This document shows, in pieces, positions 5,291-11,309 of a stretch of 11,309 bases of DNA. Position numbers and translations under genes: made by a program. The stretch spans positions 317,575-328,883 of the forward strand of contig JAPLWQ010000002.1 in NCBI GenBank assembly GCA_026396515.1, in the 5' to 3' direction. This DNA comes from Candidatus Magasanikiibacteriota bacterium. GTDB lineage: Bacteria > Patescibacteriota > Patescibacteriia > Magasanikbacterales > GWA2-37-8. Numbering within the stretch: the stretch's first letter is position 1; every line of letters starts with the position of its first letter. The notes beneath the pieces were generated by a model. That model worked only from the letters and a program-made list of their open reading frames with translations. It was not told where the DNA came from and ran no database searches.

Positions 5291-6421
5291 ATGTTGGATA
5301 CTGTAATACTACAAGTTGATTATAATAAATTTTATATTCAGAAATATGAAAATTTTGGCGCAAGCAAAGAACAGATTTTAAGTTCAAAAAGTCCTTTCAA
5401 AAAATGGATAAATAACCCAAGCAAGAAAGATGAAATTTATAAGCCAAGACTAACACTAATAAAACGAGGTATTCGTTTTGTTCTAAAGATAGAATTTTCA
5501 GCTCCCAAGTTAATTTTTGGGAATAACATTGATGAGCTTGATGATGGCGATTTTGATTTAGTCATTAAAACACTAAGAGAAAGACTGCAATCAATGGGAG
5601 TATTGATATTTAGTGCTAACCTCGAAAATTCAGAAGTTATATCATTTCATCCATCGAAAAACATACCACTCAGCAAAGGATATACTGCTAATCTCGCAAT
5701 TAAAGAACTTAATAAAATAGACTGTAGCAAGCGCTTTGATTTTGACGAAAAGAACTACAGAAATAACGGCGAAGTCCTGCAATTTTACACTCGCTCCCAT
5801 TCTTTCGTTATTTACGATAAAATAAATGACTTAGTAAAACCACAAAAAAGGGCTACTGATAAAGACCAGACTAAACAGCAATTATCTATATTTGACTACA
5901 TAAAAACAAACGAACAGGCACTCCAGATATTAAGATTGGAGATTAGGCTAAGTTTAAAGCAAAAGCTCAACAATGTAATGGACTTTTTGGAGCAAAAAAC
6001 AAACCCTACGTTTAAAGATATTTTTAGCAAAAAACTATGTAAAAAAATCGTCAATTCTTACTGGGATAATTTCTTTGGCAATAACCTTTTCATCTTTAAT
6101 ACTAATAGTAGTCCACAATATATCTTACAGCTTATTTTTATGAAATATCCAAAAACTAAAATTCTACAGGCAATAAAAGCGGTTGGGCTTTATATGTTAT
6201 GCAAAGACAATGACGGCATTAAGGGGTTTAGACAAATCATTGATAGCCACAGGCGCAATCGAGCTGATTGGCAAACAGTAAAAGAAAATTTAAAACAGTT
6301 TGAAGACGAGATTTTTACAAGCTCAACCTGGGGATTTATAAAAGATATACGCCGAGAATTAAGGGATTTTAAGCCTTACCGACTAACCAAGACTGAAAAC
6401 TTGATATGTAAAGAAAAGTAA
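5291..6421 (+). CDS. Hypothetical protein (376 aa), tentatively resembling a Rep_trans-type rolling-circle replication initiator or relaxase
   Basis: A long AT-rich ORF. The segment HSFVIYDK followed about 45 aa later by LRLEIRL is reminiscent of the YdK ... R.E.r region I recall from Rep_trans (pT181 Rep, NicK/Orf20-like) proteins. This recollection is unverified, and the N-terminal R.D.A.D-type motif was not found. The gene sits with an Xis-like and a recombinase gene, which would suit a mobile element. Confidence 0.55.
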   Translation: MLDTVILQVDYNKFYIQKYENFGASKEQILSSKSPFKKWINNPSKKDEIYKPRLTLIKRGIRFVLKIEFSAPKLIFGNNIDELDDGDFDLVIKTLRERLQSMGVLIFSANLENSEVISFHPSKNIPLSKGYTANLAIKELNKIDCSKRFDFDEKNYRNNGEVLQFYTRSHSFVIYDKINDLVKPQKRATDKDQTKQQLSIFDYIKTNEQALQILRLEIRLSLKQKLNNVMDFLEQKTNPTFKDIFSKKLCKKIVNSYWDNFFGNNLFIFNTNSSPQYILQLIFMKYPKTKILQAIKAVGLYMLCKDNDGIKGFRQIIDSHRRNRADWQTVKENLKQFEDEIFTSSTWGFIKDIRRELRDFKPYRLTKTENLICKEK

Positions 6422-6435
6422 AGTATAATATCAAT

Positions 6436-6528
6436 ATGAAAATCAAAAATGAGGATAACCTAAAATTCCACATTGAAAGCAATGATTACTTCGGCACTTT
6501 GGCTACAGTGTTAAGCCTACAAGAATAA
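6436..6528 (+). CDS. Possible small ORF (30 aa, MKIKNEDNLKFHIESNDYFGTLATVLSLQE) in the intergenic region upstream of the HTH gene
   Basis: An ATG-initiated frame read directly from the sequence. It has no RBS and no homology evidence, and could be non-coding. Confidence 0.15.
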   Translation: MKIKNEDNLKFHIESNDYFGTLATVLSLQE

Positions 6529-6629
6529 AACTTATCAGAGTATAAGAAATTTAAAGTATCTGAAATACTAAAAAGCAAAATTGACGAGCTTATGTATCTA
6601 CAAAAAAACTATAAGATAATCAAAAAATT

Positions 6630-6812
6630 ATGAGCGAAGATAAAAAACAATTTTACACCGCCCAAGAATTAGCCGAACTACTTGGTTTTAATATAATGAC
6701 TATTTACCGATATATTAAGTCTGGTAAGTTGAAAGCCTATAAATTTGGTAAAGATTTTCGGATTGATAATGCCGAATTTCAATCTTTCTTAAAAAAAGTA
6801 AGAACAAAATAA
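6630..6812 (+). CDS. Excisionase-family helix-turn-helix DNA-binding protein (HTH_17/Xis/MerR-like), 60 aa
   Basis: FYTAQELAELLGFNIMTIYRYIKSGKLKAYKFGKDFRIDNAEFQSFL matches the excisionase-family HTH pattern (lt..EaAelLgvs..tvyrli..G.lpa.k.G...ri...dl..fl). Its stop lies 2 nt before the mod ATG. Confidence 0.7.
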   Translation: MSEDKKQFYTAQELAELLGFNIMTIYRYIKSGKLKAYKFGKDFRIDNAEFQSFLKKVRTK

Positions 6813-6814
6813 CT

Positions 6815-8590
6815 ATGCAAAACACTAAACGCAAACCAGAGGAAAATGAAAAAGAACAATTAAAAAATGAAATTTCTCGTTTGAAAAAGAAAATGGAAAA
6901 ATACGAAGCGATAGAATTAAAGCAAAACCGCTTTGGTTTAGTTTGGTTAGATGTTCCAGAAGCCTTTGAAGATGATGTTGAAAACAAATTACCAATTTTA
7001 GAAAAGGTATCAAAACTATCAATCAATAGCAAAGATAAAGAACCAACACACTTACTAATCGAGGGTGATAATTATCACGTTTTAACTTGCTTAAACTACA
7101 CTCACAAAGGAAAAGTTGATGTTATTTATATTGACCCACCATACAACACGGGAACTGATGGATTTAAATATAAAGATAAAAGAATTTTAGCGGAATATCC
7201 AGATGGAACAGAAGTCCCAGCAGACCACCCATTACGACACAGCTATTGGCTTTCATTTATGAAAAAACGTCTTGAATTATCGAAAGACCTACTCACCGAG
7301 CAAGGCTCTATTTTTGTGAGCATTGATGAAAATGAAATAGCGCAATTAAAACTATTGATGGATGAGATTTTTCTACCAGAAAATTTTATAGCCAATATAA
7401 CAGTTCAAAGCAACCCAAGAGGAAAACAACAAATGAAAATAGCCACCACACACGAATATCTACTGGCATATGCCAAGAATATAAATAAGGTTCAAATAAA
7501 CAGCGAAGAATTATCTAATGCCCAAGTAAAAGATTACTCTAAATTAGACGGAAGTGGCCTAAACTACAGAGAAATGGGATTAAGAAAAAGAGGTGCGGCT
7601 TCAAGGAGAGTTGATGTTCCAAATTTATATTACCCAATTTACGTTAATCCGAAAACTGGCGAAGTCGCATTGAAAAAAAATACTATTTTTACAAAAGAGG
7701 CTTTACCAGTTTTAAGTAATGGCGAGGATGGTCGTTGGAGATGGGGTAAGAAAAAATTTGAGCTATTTCACGACAGACTATTTGGTCGCCTTGTAAACAA
7801 AGAAAGATGGGATATTTTTGAAAGAGATTATCTCGTAAAAGATGGCGAACAAAAAGGAATGAAAGCTAAATCTATTTGGGATGACAAGGAATTGAATTAT
7901 GAAAATGCAAAAAAAGAATTAAAAAATTTCTTTGACGGTAAAACAATCTTTGATTACCCAAAAACTGTATATCTAATAAAAAAGATTTGCAGGATTGCTT
8001 CAAATAAAAATTCTATTGTATTAGATTTTTTTGCTGGCTCAGGAACTACAGGCCAAGCTGTGTTAGAGTTGAATAAAGAAGATAAAGGTAATAGACAAGT
8101 ATTGTTAGCAACCAACAATGAAAATCGAATTATGACTGAAGTTTGTTATCCAAGAATAAAAAAAGTGATTAAAGGATATTACAATCACAAAAATGGATTA
8201 GGCAATTCAATTGAATACTTTAAAACTGCTTTTGTTGGTAAAAACAATATATTAAAAGCTACTGACTCAGATAAAATTGAATTAGCCCATAATGCTGGAG
8301 CGATGCTATCAATAGCAGAAAATACGCTAAATCTAATTGAGTCAAATAACTTCTGGCAAATCTTTGAAAATAACGAACAGTATCTTGCAATATATTTTAG
8401 AGAAGAATTTAATAAATTTGATGATTTCATAAAAAAAGTCAAACAGTTTAAAAGACCTACGATAGTTTATATTTTTAGTTGGGAGAAAGAATTTGATTTT
8501 AATGATTTTGAAGATGATAGAAATATAAAAGTTAAAACCATCCCTCAGCCAATCTTAGAAATTTATAAACAAATTTATAATCTTATTTAA
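6815..8590 (+). CDS. mod: Type III restriction-modification Mod subunit (N6/N4 amino-methyltransferase, beta class)
   Basis: Motif IV DVIYIDPPY at aa 102-110, preceded by LIEGDNYHVL. Motif I FFAGSGTTGQA is near aa 400 after a long target-recognition region. The DPPY-then-FxGxG order and the 591-aa size are typical of type III Mod. It is immediately followed by a helicase-nuclease gene. Confidence 0.8.
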   Translation: MQNTKRKPEENEKEQLKNEISRLKKKMEKYEAIELKQNRFGLVWLDVPEAFEDDVENKLPILEKVSKLSINSKDKEPTHLLIEGDNYHVLTCLNYTHKGKVDVIYIDPPYNTGTDGFKYKDKRILAEYPDGTEVPADHPLRHSYWLSFMKKRLELSKDLLTEQGSIFVSIDENEIAQLKLLMDEIFLPENFIANITVQSNPRGKQQMKIATTHEYLLAYAKNINKVQINSEELSNAQVKDYSKLDGSGLNYREMGLRKRGAASRRVDVPNLYYPIYVNPKTGEVALKKNTIFTKEALPVLSNGEDGRWRWGKKKFELFHDRLFGRLVNKERWDIFERDYLVKDGEQKGMKAKSIWDDKELNYENAKKELKNFFDGKTIFDYPKTVYLIKKICRIASNKNSIVLDFFAGSGTTGQAVLELNKEDKGNRQVLLATNNENRIMTEVCYPRIKKVIKGYYNHKNGLGNSIEYFKTAFVGKNNILKATDSDKIELAHNAGAMLSIAENTLNLIESNNFWQIFENNEQYLAIYFREEFNKFDDFIKKVKQFKRPTIVYIFSWEKEFDFNDFEDDRNIKVKTIPQPILEIYKQIYNLI

Positions 8591-8591
8591 T

Positions 8592-10967
8592 ATGCCGACA
8601 TTTAATCTTCTTCCTTTTCAAAAAACTGCAGTAAATGACTTAAATGAGGCTCTTCTGCATCTTTGGAAAAAACAAGAAAGACAATTACCACTGGTTTTTA
8701 AATCCCCTACTGGTAGCGGAAAAACCCTAACAATTGCTCATTTCGTAAAAAACTTAAATCATCTTCCACAATGGAATATCGATAAAGCTTTTATATGGAT
8801 TACTTTTAGTGATGATTTGGCGATGCAAAGTAAAGATAAATTCAATGAGTATTTTGAAAACAATTTAGAAAATGCTCTTTTGTCCGTAAGCGATATTAAC
8901 AGGGGTAAATTATATGAAAACGATATTTTATTTTTAAACTGGCAAAAAGTTGTGCAAGATAGCGCCGCTTCAAGAAAATTAAAAATACGCACACCTAAAG
9001 ATGAAAGGTTTAAAAAAGAAAAAGGTAGTTATTTTGAAGATGTAATAGCTGAAACAAAAAAAGATAACCGAGAAATTATCTTACTCGTTGACGAAGCACA
9101 CACTCATAAAGCCACAGAATTAGCACAAGAGGTAATTAACTTAATTGACCCTAAAATTATAGTGCATATTACTGCGACCCCAGATGACAAAGATATAGCC
9201 AAAGCCGCTACACTAAGCAGTTTTGTCCAAGTAGAAAGAGAAAAGGTTGTTGATGAGGGGTTAATTAAAGAAAAAATTTTAGTTCAAACAGAGGAAGATT
9301 TGTTAAAACATAAAAATAAAGACTTGGATGAAGTTTTACTGACTTTAGGTATGGATAAAAGACAGGAACTTGCAAAAGAACTAAAATCAATTGGAAAAGA
9401 TATAAATCCACTACTACTTATTCAGCTCCCAAATGACGACAAAGAACTTGTTGCTAAAGGAGATAAGACAAAAGAAGAAGTTGTTAGCCAATTTTTAGCC
9501 ACTAAGGGCGTAAAGGGTTCTCAAATAGCAAAATGGTTTGATGGAAAAAAAGAGAATTTAGATTATATAGCTGATAATGATAGCAAGGTTGATTATATGC
9601 TTTTCAAGCAAGCCGCTGGAACTGGTTGGGATTGTCCACGTGCAAGTGTTTTAGTAATGTTTAGAGAAATAAAAAAAGAAACTTTTTACACGCAAACAGT
9701 CGGAAGAATTTTAAGAATGCCTGAACCGCAGGTTAAAGAGGATTATAAAAATACCCCGAATTTAAGAACTGGGTATTTATACACCAACTACAAACGCAAT
9801 CAAGTCGAATTACCAGATTTAAATAAAAACGAAATTCCAAGTCAACACGCTTACATAAAGAAAGAAATAAAAAATGTTAAATTACAATCGGCCTATATTT
9901 CACGTATTGACTACGGCGATATTCCTGCCTCTTCAAAATTTCAAGATAGCTTTACAAAATCAATGAACTCCTATTTTGGCATAACTAAAACTGGCTCAAC
10001 GGCTGAGGAAAAATTAAAAAAAGCAGGAGTAGATTTAAATCACAAATTAACAAATAGCATTATCGCAAATGCTAAATTTGAAGATTTAGAACAAATGGCA
10101 TACGAATTTAAAAAAAGAGGTGTTGATATTGAGCTTGAAATGTCTATAAATGATGTTGAAAAAACATTTAATTACTTCTGCCTTACACTATTAAAAGAGC
10201 AAACCGAAGAACAAGCTAAATATACTAACGTCGCTCGTGCTTGGGGCGTATTTAAATCAGCAATAAGAGTTTGGTTTGGCTCTGTTTTGGGTAAGGATAG
10301 CGACTACTATTATCGAGTATTTGTTAAAGATATACAAAAGGGCGCAAGTAGTAAATTCAGACCAGCTATAACAAAAGCATTGATTGAATTTAAACCAATG
10401 GCCAAGGAAATTCTAAAAGAAAAGAAAGAAAAAGAAGAAGAAAAAGAAGCTCCAATTTTTACTATTTTAGAGCAATACGATTTTACCTCTGATTATGAAG
10501 AAGTTCCTCAAAGACTTTGCGCTCTGGATAAGTGTTTTATACTGAAAGATTACAGAGGAAAAGAAAATGAACTTAACTTTATCAAATATCTTGAAGCTAA
10601 AAAAGACAAGATTGATTGGTGGTTTAAAAATGGCAATCAAGGAAAAGACTATTTTGCCATAAAGTATTTCAATAGTATTGATAATAAAGAAGCGCTATTT
10701 TATCCAGATTTTATAATAAAATTTAAGAGTGGCAAGATTGGTATCTTTGACCCCAAAAAAGACCAAACAGCCGAAGATGTTATCACGGCCAATAAAACTA
10801 AGGCTTTAGCTATCAAGCTAAAAGAGTTGGGCAAAAACTATGTAGGCGGTATAGTTGTATTTGAAAACGGAATTTGGAATTACAACGGCTCGGAAAAATA
10901 TAATTACCAAAAAGGAAAAATTAGCCAAGATAAAAATTGGCAACCAATGGAAAATTTATTTAAGTAA
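8592..10967 (+). CDS. res: Type III restriction enzyme Res subunit (SF2 helicase with C-terminal PD-(D/E)xK-like nuclease motif)
   Basis: Walker A SPTGSGKT (aa 38-45), DEAH box LLVDEAHTH (aa 165-172), ITATP, and motif VI QTVGRILR. The C-terminal segment ...FYPDFIIKFKSGKIGIFDPKK fits PD-x16-DxK. Its start is 1 nt after the mod stop. Confidence 0.75.
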   Translation: MPTFNLLPFQKTAVNDLNEALLHLWKKQERQLPLVFKSPTGSGKTLTIAHFVKNLNHLPQWNIDKAFIWITFSDDLAMQSKDKFNEYFENNLENALLSVSDINRGKLYENDILFLNWQKVVQDSAASRKLKIRTPKDERFKKEKGSYFEDVIAETKKDNREIILLVDEAHTHKATELAQEVINLIDPKIIVHITATPDDKDIAKAATLSSFVQVEREKVVDEGLIKEKILVQTEEDLLKHKNKDLDEVLLTLGMDKRQELAKELKSIGKDINPLLLIQLPNDDKELVAKGDKTKEEVVSQFLATKGVKGSQIAKWFDGKKENLDYIADNDSKVDYMLFKQAAGTGWDCPRASVLVMFREIKKETFYTQTVGRILRMPEPQVKEDYKNTPNLRTGYLYTNYKRNQVELPDLNKNEIPSQHAYIKKEIKNVKLQSAYISRIDYGDIPASSKFQDSFTKSMNSYFGITKTGSTAEEKLKKAGVDLNHKLTNSIIANAKFEDLEQMAYEFKKRGVDIELEMSINDVEKTFNYFCLTLLKEQTEEQAKYTNVARAWGVFKSAIRVWFGSVLGKDSDYYYRVFVKDIQKGASSKFRPAITKALIEFKPMAKEILKEKKEKEEEKEAPIFTILEQYDFTSDYEEVPQRLCALDKCFILKDYRGKENELNFIKYLEAKKDKIDWWFKNGNQGKDYFAIKYFNSIDNKEALFYPDFIIKFKSGKIGIFDPKKDQTAEDVITANKTKALAIKLKELGKNYVGGIVVFENGIWNYNGSEKYNYQKGKISQDKNWQPMENLFK

Positions 10968-10971
10968 AAAT

Positions 10972-11309
10972 ATGAAAGCGATAATCCTTGCGAGAGTATC
11001 AACCGAAGAACAAAAAGATGCGGGTAATTCTTTGCCAGCTCAGGTTGTTCGTATGGAAACATATTGCAAGCAAAGAAATTTTCAGGTTGCAAAAACGCTT
11101 AGCTTTGACGAAAGCGCTTATAAGACAAAACGAGATGACTTTGATAAAATCATTGATTACATAAAACAATCAAAAGAAAAAATTATCGTTTGCTTTGATA
11201 AGGTAGATAGATTTTCACGAAACGTTTTTGATAAGCGAGTTGCTTATTTATACGAGATGGCAATGAGCGATAAAATTGAATTACATTTTGCCTCAGACAA
11301 CCTTGTTAT
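10972..11309 (+). CDS. Serine recombinase (resolvase/invertase or large serine integrase), N-terminal catalytic domain only, truncated by the window end
   Basis: MKAIILARVSTEEQKDAGNSLPAQ... matches the serine recombinase catalytic signature (AIYARVST.eQ...g.Sl.aQ) including the nucleophilic Ser. The ORF is open to the end of the window. Confidence 0.75.
   Translation, partial: MKAIILARVSTEEQKDAGNSLPAQVVRMETYCKQRNFQVAKTLSFDESAYKTKRDDFDKIIDYIKQSKEKIIVCFDKVDRFSRNVFDKRVAYLYEMAMSDKIELHFASDNLV

Noticed and set aside
6715-7032. Minus-strand ORFs 6715..7032 and 6825..7022 overlapping the HTH and mod genes. The same applies to 8185..8442(-), 8759..8992(-) and 10904..11092(-).
   Set aside because: They are antisense to the strongly supported Mod, Res and recombinase genes and are low-complexity AT-rich frames.
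7673-7680. A8 homopolymer inside mod as a phase-variation switch
   Set aside because: Runs of A7-A8 are common throughout this AT-rich segment (for example 6791-6797 and 10105-10111). The tract is shorter than typical phase-variable tracts. It is kept only as a low-priority check.
1-11309. CRISPR arrays, tRNA/rRNA genes, IS elements with terminal inverted repeats
   Set aside because: There are no regularly spaced direct repeats, no tRNA-like cloverleaf candidates and no transposase-like ORFs. The only recombinase is the truncated serine recombinase at the right edge.

Overview
The window is a compositional mosaic: two GC-rich blocks (about 123-1700 and 2540-3420, roughly 58-62% GC by eye) sit in AT-rich DNA (about 30% GC). 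Genes in the GC-rich blocks have Shine-Dalgarno sites, and genes in the AT-rich DNA have none.

- **GC-rich block 1:** a secreted or lipoprotein-type protein with a long acidic D/S/T/G/E tandem-repeat linker and a PQQ/BamB-like beta-propeller.
- **AT-rich stretch between the blocks:** a convergent, translationally coupled pair encoding a short MGMT/Atl-like alkyltransferase (PCHRV motif) and a GrpB-like nucleotidyltransferase-fold protein.
- **GC-rich block 2:** a two-gene operon on the minus strand. Its first gene encodes an unknown 118-aa protein with an AGGAGGTG ribosome-binding site; the second encodes an MIF-like tautomerase with the catalytic Pro1. The operon is driven by a TTGACA-17-TGnTATTTT promoter whose spacer holds a perfect 8-bp inverted repeat.
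- **Remaining AT-rich DNA (about 8 kb):** this looks like part of an integrated mobile element or defense island.
  - Gene order is a 408-aa unknown protein, an out-of-context SpoVG homolog, a 376-aa unknown protein with weak Rep_trans-like features, an excisionase-family HTH protein, a complete type III R-M system, and the N-terminus of a serine recombinase cut by the window end.
  - The type III R-M system comprises Mod (DPPY then FxGxG) and Res (Walker A, DEAH, QxxGR, C-terminal PD-DxK). The excisionase-family HTH is coupled 2 nt upstream of mod.
  - An identical 15-mer containing ATG-TAA-TGA precedes both unknown large ORFs. Together with SpoVG they are the best candidate for an undescribed module.

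No rRNA, tRNA or CRISPR arrays were seen.
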